Below, piece after piece: positions 39,901 to 53,288 of a stretch of 64,000 nucleotides of DNA. Source of the DNA: Octopus sinensis (Eukaryota); assembly GCF_006345805.1 (NCBI RefSeq), contig NC_043003.1:111476001-111540000 (forward strand), given 5' to 3'. Position 1 is the stretch's first letter; every line of letters starts with the position of its first letter. A model generated the notes under the pieces. That model had not been told where the DNA came from. It did no database searches and saw nothing but the letters and a program-made list of their open reading frames with translations. The translations under genes and the position numbers were made by a program.

Positions 39901-41777
39901 TTTCCTACGTGTTTGCAGAGGATTCACACAAATATTTACTCTACCTCCTTTTCTGTTGTTCCAAATCTCCTGCTCGACTCCTTTGTCTGTGTCGTTTTAC
40001 AGTCAATTTTATAAATCACACTAGTCCAAAAGTTATTCTAATGTACTTGCTAAAGAACTTTTCTTATTATTAAAAGGATTCTCGAGTCATGTATCAGACG
40101 CAGAATTTATAATATTTACTTTTCGGTCACCCCTGAGAGACGTTTTGTGATTCCGGTGTCAAAACATTTATTTGCTGTCCAAACTGGCTTTTTAGTGACC
40201 AACGTATATTGAACAAGCGATAGCTGACAGACAAAATACGATCAAACACGAATATTCTACTTGATTTTGACAGTAGAATTTACTTGACACTTCATTAGTT
40301 TGTAATCGAATAATTTGATTGTGCTGTAACAAAACACATTCGCTTATTCTCGTTATATAAATATGATATTGTATATAAGCGATTGACAGTTACTTTCAGC
40401 GCACCATTTTTTATATGGAATAAGTTGGCTACATCAGACTTCAGATAAAGAAGATCATTGGAAGAATCTTGTGGATCGGAAGTATACAAAATCAGGGGAC
40501 TACTGAATATTGCGAAATGGACATGCAATGAAGTGCCGGAAGTGAAATACATCAAACAATATGTTACTATTAGAAATTATTATATAGAGTACTGGCAGAC
40601 ATTTTACAGTACGACAGCTATATGGATGAACTATCAGCTTTTCCTTGAGGATAACTATTTTAGTACAGGTAAAATGCTTGCGTACTTGGCTTAATAAATT
40701 GTTTAATAATTCGTTAGTTAAAAGTTTAGTATGTTACACACCAAAGCCCCCAGAAGCTTTGGACGTTACAATGTGAGAAATTTGATAGTTACCGATACTA
40801 TCTAAATTTTGCAATGCTTTCGAGAGATGGAATTTCGCTTCTTCATTTTGCTACGTTTTCTCTAACGAACAAATATTTTTGTTGTACCTGATTTTAGATC
40901 AGTCTAACAAAATGTATTTTGCAAACGTGTGTATTTGTTTCCCAAATGCGTTTCTACGTCTATCATAGAATGTTTCACGTTGTTTTAAAAACCTGGCTTT
41001 GAGAGAAGCATTTTCTGTAATGTTATTCCATTTCAAGTATCTAGCTTTCCAAATGATATTTTCGTTTTAGCATTCTAGTGATTGTAGTCTTGTTTGTTCA
41101 TGCTAATGTTGTATTGAATCTTCAAACGGTATTTTTCTTCATTTATCTAGAGGGGCTATCGAAAATCATCCAGCGTATTTTACAAGCTTAGCAACGCAGA
41201 GTATCTCTTGTATAGTGTATTCTCTTCTACTTGGTACCATATCAGTAAATGTTATTCTACGCAATAGAATATCGCTTCGTGTATGCAAACGTAGAGAAGT
41301 TATTTAACCAGTTAAGCGAATGCGTAACAATCATGATGTGATTTGTTTAAAGGGCCTCTTAATCTGCTGGAATTTAAGAGATTGTTTCTGAAAATTTTAC
41401 CCCTTAATCAGGCTAGTTGTGTCACTTAACCGTGTTGCATGCAACGTCTTCTTATATTTATAGTCAACATCATGTGCAACCGTAGTAACATGTATTGGAA
41501 TATCAGTTGTAGTGAAAGCAGGTTTTGTTAGTGTCACTCACTAAATATTTTACCAACCAGAGTCAGAATGTTCAGTAATAGTAATACTTATGCAATTAAT
41601 AGTATCAATAAGTCCATGGATACTATACAAATTTTTTTTTATTAATACAATAAAAATTATGACTACAATTTTCTGTACCATATTTCCTGCTTACATTATT
41701 ACTCATTAAATGTTATACTCAATCCTCATAAACTCGGTTTCTAGTTCAGTCAACTAAATCCACCTGTTACTATATGA

Positions 41778-43350
41778 ATTCGGCTAATTCATTACCTTAA
41801 ATATAAAAAAAATTGACTAATTACACAAACCTAGAAATTAGCTGAACAGTTTTATGCAATAAATTTGAAAGATAAGAATTGTAAAGAGTGATAGGTTAGA
41901 ATAATTCCTTGCTGCAATATTTAAAGTAAAAAGTTACTTATTCTTTACGTTACTAGAAGTAATAGTCTGACCTATACTTTTACAGCTGTAATAACTGATA
42001 ACTTATCCTGTATTTTTCCAGGTTTATAATCTTAAGAATATGACCTTTCATACTTGCATTTTTCTATGTAATAATATATAACATAGACACATTATCCTAT
42101 TTGTATATCTGCTTCGTTTGTCTGGCTGCTGACTTTAGTTTATTGCATTTTTATATTTTTATCCAGTATTAATGGGTCCATCTCGCATATTTAGATAGGA
42201 GCACTTAAAATCTTAGCTTAGATCAATTTGTAAATTCATTAATTACTTCACCATATTCATTTTTTGAGTTATTTTTCTGGATAATGTCACTGGGCCCCAC
42301 CACTGTACTGCCATATATTGAAATACCTATGCGTTAGCCGTACATCTTGGCATTACTGAACACGATTTCACGATTCAGGATAAATTATCCGAGTAATGCA
42401 ATATATAAAGTATTAATTTCACTCTTAGCAATTGAAGTAAAGTGTCACCAGTTATCATCATCATTTTTCTTATTTATAATTAAAGACCTCCATCAATAGT
42501 TACCCCTCTTGGAACAAGAAATGGCAACCTCACGGGGAACATACTTTGAAACCTGTAGGTTTTACAGGAATGCCTGTCATTATCAAAAAATTTAAAGTTT
42601 AGAAAAAATGTTCAATATACATCGTACATTGATGTATTTAGTATTATTGAAGACATGCAAGCTTTCGGAAATTTTCACTGTTAAAAATGAGCTTCAGTTT
42701 GACAAAAGTCTTCAGGGTTAACAAATGTCGTGTGAGCATGTCTTGAAAATGTGAATAAATCCTTAGTATTGCTCATTTCCTGCATGCATCTATGGATATC
42801 CTTTCAGGTAATGTGTCAATATCCTTATAGAATAGGTGTATATTACGTCCACATTGCCAGTTATAAATGGAATAATGTGTCTTTATTATATATTATTACA
42901 TAGAAAAATGGGAGTATGAAAAGTCATTATTACAGCTGTAAAAGTATAGGACAAACTATTACTTCTCGTAAAGTAAAGAATAAGCAACGTTTTACTTATT
43001 CTTCTAATCTATCACCTTTTACAGTTCTCATCTTTGAAATTTACTGCATTAAACTGTTCAGCTAAATTTTAAGTTTGTTTAATTAGTCAATATTTTTCAA
43101 TATTTAAGGTAATAAATTAGCCAAATTCTACTTAAATAAGTATAGTGTTATTTGTAAACTATAATAATATAAGTTTTAATATTCAAATTATAATTTTAGC
43201 TCAAATAGTTTAAGCAAAAATTTCTTATTCTTTACTTTACTAGAAGTAAAAGATTGTCCTATACTTGTACAGATGTAATAACTTGTCCTGTACTTTTCCA
43301 GGTTTATAATTTTACGAATATGAATTTTCATGCTCGCATTTTTCCATATA
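41778..43350. repeat. three diverged copies of a ~250-300 bp unit (+, -, + partial) forming an inverted repeat around an ~800-bp spacer
   Basis: 41778-42082 is the reverse complement of 42884-43128 (e.g. CCTATACTTTTACAGCTGTAATAA / TTATTACAGCTGTAAAAGTATAGG); a partial direct copy lies at 43223-43350. Confidence 0.85.
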
Positions 43351-43937
43351 ATCCATGATTTTTCCAGGCATTGCTGTTATAAGATAATTAATATGTGTCA
43401 AATAATAATTTAAGATTTTACCTTATAAAATACTAAAATTTTTCCATGTAAATAATGATAATATTTCAATTTTTCGTGTTTAATTTAAATATATCTCGTG
43501 ATTAAATTATTTGATATTACCCATCCACACCAAATTAATGGCAGGTTTTTTTTTACCATTTTGTGTGGGTGTTAATATAGAAAGTGACCATAATGTTGTT
43601 ATTCAGCCTCAAATAAATCCTGATACTGCATACGTATCATCAAAGACATTCCAGCCTTGAGCAAACCGTCTTTCTAGGGATAATCTAGGACATTACATAC
43701 GATAGGCGTGTAATTTAGACAGGGGGATACTTTGGCTGTCGAGCGTGTCGAGCGACAAAGTAGAGGTTCTCTCATTGGTTCGATTGCGTGATGAGCTTTT
43801 TTTAAACATGTATGTAATATGTATATATGTATCATCGGCGGAAGTTAATGAGTAAGTAAAAAGCTGAGAGTGTCGTGTATTGGCACTTATTAAACAAGAA
43901 TTTGCCCATTGTCACTCTCTAACTTCTGACGAAATAA

Positions 43938-44255
43938 CTTCTAAAATACAAATTTTTGTCAAAAACTTTAAGAGTAAACCCTGTTCTATGTCACATTCTA
44001 CCAGTATCAGAAATTGTAAAGTGTTTAGTTAAAAAAATTAATTAAATAATCTGTACGTTTAATTGAGCAGATCTGAAATGGTTGAAAATCGACCTCGGCG
44101 GAATTTCAACTCAGAACGTAAACATCGGTTCTAAAATACAAACTCTTGTCAGAAACGTTAAGAATAAACCCTGTTCTATGTGACATATCCTACCAGTAAC
44201 GGTAGTTTGAAAGTGTTAAGTTTAAAATAAATTCATAAATTAATTAAATAATCTG
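43938..44255. repeat. diverged ~120-bp direct duplication, each copy followed by a SINE fragment
   Basis: TTCTAAAATACAAA...TAAACCCTGTTCTATGT...AATTAATTAAATAATCTG at 43938-44053 and 44129-44255. Confidence 0.8.
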
Positions 44256-44392
44256 CGCATCAAAGTCGACCACGCGAAATTTGAGCTAAAAAAAGGCCTA
44301 AAGACAAACGAAATGCCTATTTCTGTACTACCCACAAGAGGCTAAACGGAGAGTGGCCACACAAGGACAGACAAAGGGATTAAGTCGATTAC

Positions 44393-44461
<69 letters not shown>

Positions 44462-45534
44462 ATTATTATTATTATTATTATTATTATTTTTAGTATTTTA
44501 GTATTCCCAAGAACTGCCTTGTCACAACCTGAATATCATTGATGAAATTATTTTACACCATACTTTCTGATTCTTTCAATTTACAATAATCTTTCAATTT
44601 GATAGATTCGACATGCTTTCCGCTCTGCTTTCATCAGACATGATCGAAATATGAACCACAATACATAAATACACCTTCTTGGCTTTGAGCATGATAGATG
44701 GATTGATTTTTACTTTCTGTCTTTGATTATTATATATAGATTCTCAGTCCTGTCTTTCAGCAACAGCAGAATGTTAGGCCATCCAATACGATATTGACTT
44801 GGACATTCATTCATCTACACTCGATCAAATAAGTTACTGTATTGTACTGTATTATCATAAATTCGATGCATAATCGAATACACACCTCTTCCAAATATTG
44901 GCGTTTTCCTGAAATAAGAAATAAATATGATTTAATACTTCTTTCGATCTGCCATTTTCACTCAAGATATAGTAAGTTATATTGGAACAAAACTATATTT
45001 AGTAACTACACCTCCAAAATCGACAATAGTAGCAACAATATATTCTCTGTCTTACTATTTATTATTGTAATTAAACTAATACAGAAGATACTTAATTACG
45101 TCAGTAAATTCAAGTAAGTTATGCCCCGCTTACCCACAGAATATTTATTAAATTTGCTTCCAAATTAGTAATCGCAAATCTATTCCTAGCAAAGACGTAT
45201 ACTTAGAGCCGCACAAATAGTTATATCTGAAATAATAAATTAAATTAACTTGTTGCATTCATCAAATTTGCTTCTACTTACTAATTTGTTTATTCCATCA
45301 ATCAACCAAATTCACAATCCATTTACCTGTATAGTGGAAAAAATATCTCTAGGAATATAGCTTTGTGATTTTTTTAGAGATAAATATAAATATTTTCTAA
45401 TTACCATCATAGTCTAAACACAGAAACCTATCCATCTATTTCTTATTTGCATATATGTATGCCGGAATGTATGTATAAATGAAAATAGTTAGATATATGA
45501 TAGGTAACTAGAGAGTTAGATAGAGAGCAAAGTG

Positions 45535-45585
<51 letters not shown>

Positions 45586-45598
45586 CTATACACTCACA

Positions 45599-45663
<65 letters not shown>

Positions 45664-45810
45664 GTATGTGTATATGCATTCAAGTGTAACAGTAAGCACA
45701 CTTGGAAATAAGTAAACAATATTCATTACATAGTGTATTGTTTAAATTGACACCCTCGTCAGTTAAATGATTTTGTGGAAAAATCGACAATATTTATATG
45801 TTTATTTGTG

Positions 45811-45853
<43 letters not shown>

Positions 45854-45932
45854 ATATATGCATGTATGTGTGTTTTTATTTGTTATATGTAAGCACACAT
45901 TTGCAAACACACGGACCCTGAAACACATTGCA

Positions 45933-46012
<80 letters not shown>

Positions 46013-46538
46013 ACATAGAAATGTAAATGTTTACATATGTGCTCCTACGTGTTTGCGAGAACGATTCTATATATGCATGTAAACTCAGTCACACACTTGC
46101 ACATATATATAAATTTCAGTGATGGAATAGATTTTGTATTGTGTTATTTCTCTTAGATTACCGTGTGACTATTGCATAGGGTATTTCGAAATTACTTCAG
46201 AATTTTTTATTTTCAAGATGATCTAATGAATTAGATGTCACCTGGTAGGACTCACCGTGTCTATAAATCCTATCACGTGACATCAGTTCGTATACAGTAG
46301 CATAGATACGTATGCAGTAGAATATATGTATGTATCTATTCATGTATATGTATGTTTAGTTTTTTATACTTATGATGTTCGCTAAGAAACCACGTATCTT
46401 TCTATCCTACCATTTGGGACCTAAAAATTGTCTCTTTAAAATGATGGTAGAGACTAAACAAAAGTACATTACTGTAATTAGGTAAATAAAAACATTTTAT
46501 TAAGCGTCTGACATATTTTCCGTCATTTGAATTTACAG

Positions 46539-46639
46539 CTGTTTCACATATTCTGCCCGAGTCTCCTAAATGCTTGTTACACACTCACAATGACAAATGA
46601 ATCCCCATCGTCGAATCAGACGGAGAACCACCCGGCAAC
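46539..46639 (+). CDS. candidate host-gene exon (possible start MTNESPSSNQTENHPA)
   Basis: Acceptor TTTACAG ending 46538, donor GTAAGT at 46640-45, open frame throughout, ATG at 46590, locally GC-richer; no product recognised. Confidence 0.35.
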
Positions 46640-46914
46640 GTAAGTGTGTGTGTTGCAAGGGAATTGTTCACACAAATAAGCATAGGCAGTCTTTCAGGAA
46701 ACAGATTTTGCGGTGAAGTGATGTATTGACAGAGGTCTGTTATACATGGCACCAAGCCTGCAGTTGAGGTTCCATGTGCAGTACGGTATTCCATATTATT
46801 ATAATAGGCAATTGATATTAATTCTGTTTTTGGAGAAAATCGATTATGAATGTAGCGTTCTGAGTTATTTTGTCAAAATAACAGTAGATGTTTCTGAGAT
46901 TCGTTTCAAATTTC

Positions 46915-47110
46915 GGCGTAAGCAATTTCGAGGAAGCCGTTAAGTCAATTACATCGATCCCAATCATCAACTAGTACATATTTTATCGGCCCCTAAACGA
47001 TGAAAAACCAAATCGACCGTGGCGGAATTTGAACTCGAAACGTAACGACGGACAAATGCCGCTAAGTATGTTTCCCATCGTGCTACCGATTCTGCCAACT
47101 CGCTGCTTTA
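46915..47110 (-). mobile_element. SINE (family of 33193-33400)
   Basis: Reverse complement reads GCAGCGAGTTGGCAGAATCGGTAGCACG...CTTAGCGGCATTTG...TTCGAGTTCAAATTCCGCC. Confidence 0.78.
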
Positions 47111-47609
47111 GATTCTTCTAGTACTGACATTGCAACACACATGTAATATTTTGATTTTCGATGTGTAATTAAAAACTCCTTCGAGCAGCAGAGTCCCAAA
47201 TGAGCAGTCAAGAAATGCAATATAAATTAGCACTTTAAGTAACCTAGGTATAGCTGCATTTTAGACATACAACTATATTTAAAATTTCGAATCCAATGCC
47301 TAAGGAATGCATATTGACGTACTCCAAAGGTCTTCAAAATCTAACGTTATATTAATTACCATGCATCCGCAAATAGTCAAGGATTCTCTGATTTTTACGC
47401 TGGTAGGAGCATCACGGACTCAATTTCTTATTACAAAGCAATATTCTAGTTAGAGACATCAAGGGGGCGAGGCTTGAATCACAGAAACGCGCAAAGCAAA
47501 AATTCTACATATGTGCACATCGAATAAGGGATCCAGATAAGGGGAGGTAATTAGGATACTTGTACGCAATAAAATGAATTAATCTCCAATATACTGAATA
47601 AAAGTTATA

Positions 47610-47850
47610 CTCTCTTTACTCTTTTACTCTTTTACTCTTTTACCTCTTTCAGTCATTTGACTGGGGCCATGCTGGAGCACCGCCTTTAATCGAGCAACTC
47701 GACCCCGGGACTTATTCTTTTGTAAGCCCAGTACTTATTGTATCGGTCTCTTTTGCCGAACTGCTAAGTGACGGGGACATAAACACACCAGCACCGGTTG
47801 TCAAGCAATGCTAGAGGGACACACACAGACACACAAACATATACACAAAC

Positions 47851-47883
<33 letters not shown>

Positions 47884-47987
47884 CGACAGGCTTCTTTCAG
47901 TCTCCGTCTACCAAATCCACTCACAAGGCTTTGGTCGGCCCGAGGCTAAAGCAGAAGACACTTACCACACAGCCACTCCGGCGCCTA
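47610..47987 (-). mobile_element. SINE with a deletion in the head (family of 13178-13640)
   Basis: (TACTCTTT)n tail, CAGTCATTTGACTG..GGCCATGCTGGAGCACCG, CACCAGCA.CGGTTGTCAAGC, all shared with the 13178 copy. Confidence 0.85.
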
Positions 47988-48689
47988 TATCAAAATATAA
48001 TTCTAAAAGTGTCATGTTGATCAGTTTTACGAGTCTGCATAAGACTGTACATATATTATAAAAATATATATTTGTATAGACGTATGTGCATATATATATG
48101 CAAGTATGTTTATCACATCCGAATACTCTCTCACACACACAGAAAGAGAGAAAGGGTAAGGCAAAGAAGAGAGAGAAGGAGAGGGAAAGGGACCTGTGCT
48201 TAGACGTGTGTATTAAACATATTTATTTCTAAGCATTTCGGCGTAGAATATAAGGCCAAAACTATTATTTATTGTCTAGTGATTCCTGTAATTTTTACAG
48301 ATCAACACAAATATAGAACTGGATACATATGGAATGTATATTTCATATCAACCGTTTTCGCTATACTCCAGCTGTTTTAAAAGATGGCACGCCTGCAGCG
48401 TTCTATGTGCGACATTTTAGTATAATATACAAAATACAAGTTGACAGCAAGAGTATACCACCTTTGATTTAAATAATTTATCTAGAGTTCCTTTTTCTCT
48501 TCAATGTTTTGCGTTTTCAGAAACTTCATTCACTTTTCAGTATTATTATATATTATTTATCACAGTTAATTCTGGCATTTAATTTATGAGATATTTTGAC
48601 AGTCTGTGAACTCTCAGGTTCCCATCCCCTGAGAAATGTTCTGAACACGAACAACACCTTTCACAACATCGAGTAGCGCACATTATCAA

Positions 48690-49001
48690 ATTGCCCCATC
48701 TAAGATCCAAAATGTGCCAGAGGGCCTATGTTGTATACGAGGTTAGCTGGTGCATCCTACATAGGAATCACAACAAGAAAACTGCGCATACTTATGAAAA
48801 AAAACACAGAAACACGTACAAACAGACACTTTCGTGAAGAAACATCAGCGAAAATGCCAGACACGAGAGTTCACAGTGCACATCAGGACAAAAGAGCGCA
48901 AAAGAGGCAAACTTAGAACCTCCGAATCCATATGAATACACCAAAGAACGATTATTATCGACAACAGAAGAGAGTTATATGAAGCTAGCTTGTTGCTATA
49001 A
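48690..49001 (+). mobile_element. Penelope-like element GIY-YIG endonuclease remnant (3' end of the ORF)
   Basis: KMCQRAYVVYEVS / ASYIGITTRKLR ... KLRTSESI*IHQRTIIIDNRRELYEASLLL*; frameshifted; followed by a hammerhead motif. Confidence 0.7.
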
Positions 49002-49067
49002 CAACAAGCTTCTGCGCATGTCTACTCCGCATATGCTCTCACACATGTACACCTGCAACATTCGCTA

Positions 49068-49120
49068 ATTCCTGATGAGGGTTACAGTTGCAACATTCGC
49101 TAATCCCTGAAATATTGAAT
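49068..49120 (+). ncRNA. minimal type-I hammerhead motif in the Penelope 3' pLTR
   Basis: ATTC-CTGATGA(49072-78)-GGGTTA...TAATCCCT-GAAA(49109-12)-TAT-T-GAAT; stem I ATTC/GAAT, palindromic ATAT stem III. Confidence 0.68.
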
Positions 49121-49423
49121 GCAGGGTAAGTCACCATTAATTCATATTTGAAATGTAGCATACACACGTACATACAGCACTGATTACGGATTATTCGTGT
49201 GTAAAATTTTGTGTGTAGAAATAATATAATAATGCGCGCTGAATAGAAAACAGCAAAACCATAATTTGTTGCCATCTAACGAAAGCAAATGATATCATAA
49301 TTCTGTTCCATGTGATATTCCAGTAATGTTGACTTTGTATTAAAGATAATTAAAGATGCATTCAGACCAAAATACATACGAACCTGTATAAGAATGTCGT
49401 TACACTAATACTTGAGATTATAA

Positions 49424-51331
49424 CGGACTGCTGAACGTCGGACTGCTGAACAGGAATACAAGTTGCATAAATCAGACACCAACAGGAAGAAGCGGAATAA
49501 ATCCTCCAACAATCTCAAGCAAGTGACAAAAAAAAATGCTGATTGAATTTGAACAGTGCATAGCAGCCAATCCTGACAGCAAGGTTTTCTGGAAATATGT
49601 GCATTCAAAGCAGAGACCTCACTCTCCAGTGGGCCCTCTTCGCAACCCTCACACGAACCAGATCACTGACGACCCCAAGGAATGCGCAGAATCATTGCCG
49701 AGTGCTATGCAAACATATTCACTGTCGAAAGTCAAAATGTACCATCTTCACCATCACTAACAGCAAACTCCATAACAACTATGGAATTTACACCTGCAAT
49801 GCTGCGACGTCACCTTCAAAATAAGCGCAACTATGCCTCCCCTGGTCTCGATGGAGTTACATACCTGCTTCTCAAACGTGGCAGGCACTTCCTTTTACAC
49901 AAGCTTTCTATTTTCTTCCAGTAGTCTCAACAATGGTGCTACTCCGGAGCAGTGGAAAACTGCCAGTGTCATTCCTCTGTTCAAAAAGGGTGACCGCACA
50001 TCACCTGTCAACTATCGCCCAGTCAGTCTCACTAGCTGTATTGCAAAACTGATGGAATCGTGTGTTAGAGAAACACTCTGGAACTTCTGGAGCTCTCACA
50101 GTCTCATCCGAATCTCACAATATGGATTTGTCCCTAACTCCAGCTGCAGTGACCAGCTTGTCGAGTTCCTTGAGGACATTACTCAGATCACTGACAGTGG
50201 CTCATGTGGATGTTGTCTACTTGACTTTGCTAAGGCTTTAAACTCTGTGCCACACAAAAGGCTTATGGTGTGAACTCTGCTGCAATGAGTGTGGGGGATG
50301 ACCTTTTTAACTGGTTGAAATCCTTCATCCTCAGCCGAAAGGAGGTAGTCACAGTTCTAGGACAGCACTCTACACCATATGAGATGTCATCGGGTGTACC
50401 ACAGGGATCTGTCCTTGGTCCCCTCCTGTTTGTGGGATACATTAATGACATATATGCCAATTTAAAGAATGCCACAGTATTGAAATATGCAGACGACATC
50501 AAGCTGTACCTTGAAATCAAGAGGACTGATCCTGATGTCTACAACTCTTTCCTGCAATCAGACCTAGACACAATGCAGCAATGGATCACAGACTGGCAAC
50601 TGAAACTGGCTGTGGACAAGTGTACCACCATGCATTTTGGGAGAAAAAACCCTGCGTCCACATACTCCCTCCACAACACTGATATCAAGAAATCCTCTTG
50701 CGAGCGTGACCTAGGCATCACTGTCAGCAGTGATTTGCGTTGGACAAAGCATATCTCTAAAATTGTCAAGAAGGCCGAGGGTGTCTTGGCATCACTCAGC
50801 AAGACTTTTGTTAGCCGCTCTCCAGCCATCTATTTAAAATGTATACAGCTATGGTACGACCACACTTGGAATTCGCATCATCAGTTTGGAATCCCTATCT
50901 TGCTCAGAACATTGACCTCCTGGAATCTGTCAAGAGACGTGCAACCAAACGCATACCCTCCATCAGACACCTACCATATTCTGAGCGCCTTGTTTCCCTG
51001 GGCATGGATTCACTGAAGCGACGGACTTGGTAAACACCCACAAGGTTATGAACCACCTCACCAACAACAACACTGACACACCTTTTGATCTCCATGTGTC
51101 TAACACACGTGGACATGCCTACAAAGTCAGAAAACAGCACAGCTCCCATGACTTTCGGAAACATTTTCACGCTCAGGGTTGCTGAAGCGTGGAATAAACT
51201 GCCTGCATCAGTTGTTGACTGCCATGACACTGCATCCTTTAAGGCCCTCATGCTTCCCGAAATCCGTCGAAACTACACCTGATTATATATACACTTTAGA
51301 TGAGTTGTAGTGCACCTGAGCACTGTACACA

Positions 51332-51397
<66 letters not shown>

Positions 51398-51398
51398 A
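49424..51398 (+). mobile_element. CR1-clade LINE, 5'-truncated, RT domain with frameshifts, (ATT)n tail
   Basis: SPGLDG, IPLFKKGDRTSPVNYRPVSLTSCIAKLME, LDFAKA, SGVPQGSVLGPLLF, YADD, ERDLG, RPHLEFASSVWNP; possible TSD ATTATAA at 49417-23 and 51392-98. Confidence 0.93.
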
Positions 51399-52534
51399 TG
51401 ATCTTCGGCCAAAATCTCTGTAGCCCATTTAATTGATGTCCAGTACGACGTTGAGATAGTGACCATACTGGGGCAGTAACTAAGATTAACAACAGCCGTT
51501 TTATGGGAAAGTTCTGGGAATAAAATTAACAGGCTGGTCCATCACTGATATATCTTACATCTACTACAAATAGGTAAAGGTAAAGTTCCCCTCTCGAGTC
51601 ATACCAACACAGAAGTGTTGGTCTTCCTGTTTCTGTAACTTAAATTCCGCATCAGGACGACGGCCGGTCCGTCGTAGGATTATTCGTTTTTACCAGCTGA
51701 AGTGTTTTGCTCAAGAACACAACGCGTCGCCGGGTCCAGCCACCGAAACCGCATTCTTATGATGAGTCCAGAATTTCAAACGCTAAGTCACGTGTCTACA
51801 CTTCTACTCGAAATGCTTGGGATACTGTTAACAACAGAAAGGTACAAAATTGTTTTGTGATAACACTTTTCTGTGTAGTTGGATTTTTCTGTTTCACTCT
51901 AAATTGGCTTTACTGAGTTTATCAAAGATTTTTTCCTCTTTTCTTGTCACATGTGACATGATTTAACATACACAAAACTTACAGCAAAATGCTGCTACAG
52001 GAGTCTATCAACGAAACATATCGTTCTAACGATCCTTTCAATGTAAAAAATACAGTCGAATCGATACTACTAATCATCTACTTGCTTGAAGCTACACGTC
52101 ACAATTTCACCTTTATAATATACAAATCATCCTTCGCAGAATACATCTGGTGGCATAAGCAAGAAATGAATACATTTGCAGGTATATTAAAGCGAAAACC
52201 TACATCAGTAATGGCAACATGAACAGCACCGCGCTGATCAGCGTGAGAAGGGAAGCGAGAAAAAGGGAATGGAAGATTATACAATCTATGTACAGATTAT
52301 ACGCGAGGTGTTTTAGGTTTACCTAAAGCAAGCACAGGTGTCCAAAACGTTACGTTTGTGTGCGTGTGTGTATGTGGTGTGTGGTGTGTGTGTGGTGTGT
52401 GTGCTTGTTTTCCCTGTCTTTAGATGTGCGCGTGTGTCATGTGTGTGCATCTGGGTGTGTCTGTGCGTGTTTGTGTGTGTAATATATATCTACATACATA
52501 TTCTAGGGTTCAATTCTGTGGGTTTTTAATCACT

Positions 52535-53108
52535 CTAAACGCTTTGCAACGATTGTTTTGAAAGTAGTGGTTTGCTGATTGCAGCCCTACCGTGAAATCC
52601 GGCTTTGTGCAGCTCCCGGCAAATAGTTTTTGCGGAATCTGAGTTCTTGGGGTGATTCTTAAGCTCTACAGCAGTTTTGTGATTGTTCCTAACAATTCGC
52701 GTAAGAATCCAACGGTCCCTATCTGAAAGTTTTGGTTTTCTTCCGGAGTTTTGTTTCTACGAGGAAGCTTTTCCACCATTCTCAAATTCTCAAAGGCTGC
52801 TATTACTTTTGAGACAGTACTTCTTGATACAACAAACATTTCTGCTGTTTTCGTTACGCTAGCACCTGCCATTTGGTCACCAACAATTTGAGCTCTTTGA
52901 AATTTCGATAGATCAGTTATTTTAATGAATTTTGATTTCCTTTTTCTGATGATATCTGAAAAGGAACAGCAAATTTAGCAAAACATATTAAGCAACACTA
53001 ATAATGAATAGAAAACTTAAACACAAACACGCGTTTGACGGCTTTATAGATATTTCAAAATGATGATGCTATGATGCTGGTTTTTTCCATTATTTTGTCC
53101 AAACCCTG
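52535..53108 (-). mobile_element. Tc1-family transposon 5' portion (TIR and paired-like DNA-binding region)
   Basis: Starts TA|CAGGGTTTGGACAAAATAATGG; encodes AGASVTKTAEMFVVSRSTVSKV, SGRKPKLSDRD and RELHKAGFHGRAAISKPLLS. Confidence 0.85.
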
Positions 53109-53198
53109 TATATATACTTTGATACTTTGATAGGTTTCGGCCATTATTGGCCCAGGCCATGTCCAACTTAATAGCACCACCATATATATATATGTATG

Positions 53199-53288
<90 letters not shown>

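Noticed and set aside
40295-40555. Cadherin-repeat resemblance (SDPQD..N..LFHIKNG)
   Set aside because: Lacks the LDRE, DxND and AxDxG motifs; no neighbouring repeats.
53120-53170. Hammerhead-like GGCC...GGCCGAAAC on the minus strand (and a similar trace near 55200-55245)
   Set aside because: The CUGANGA core is too degenerate and stem I is unconvincing.
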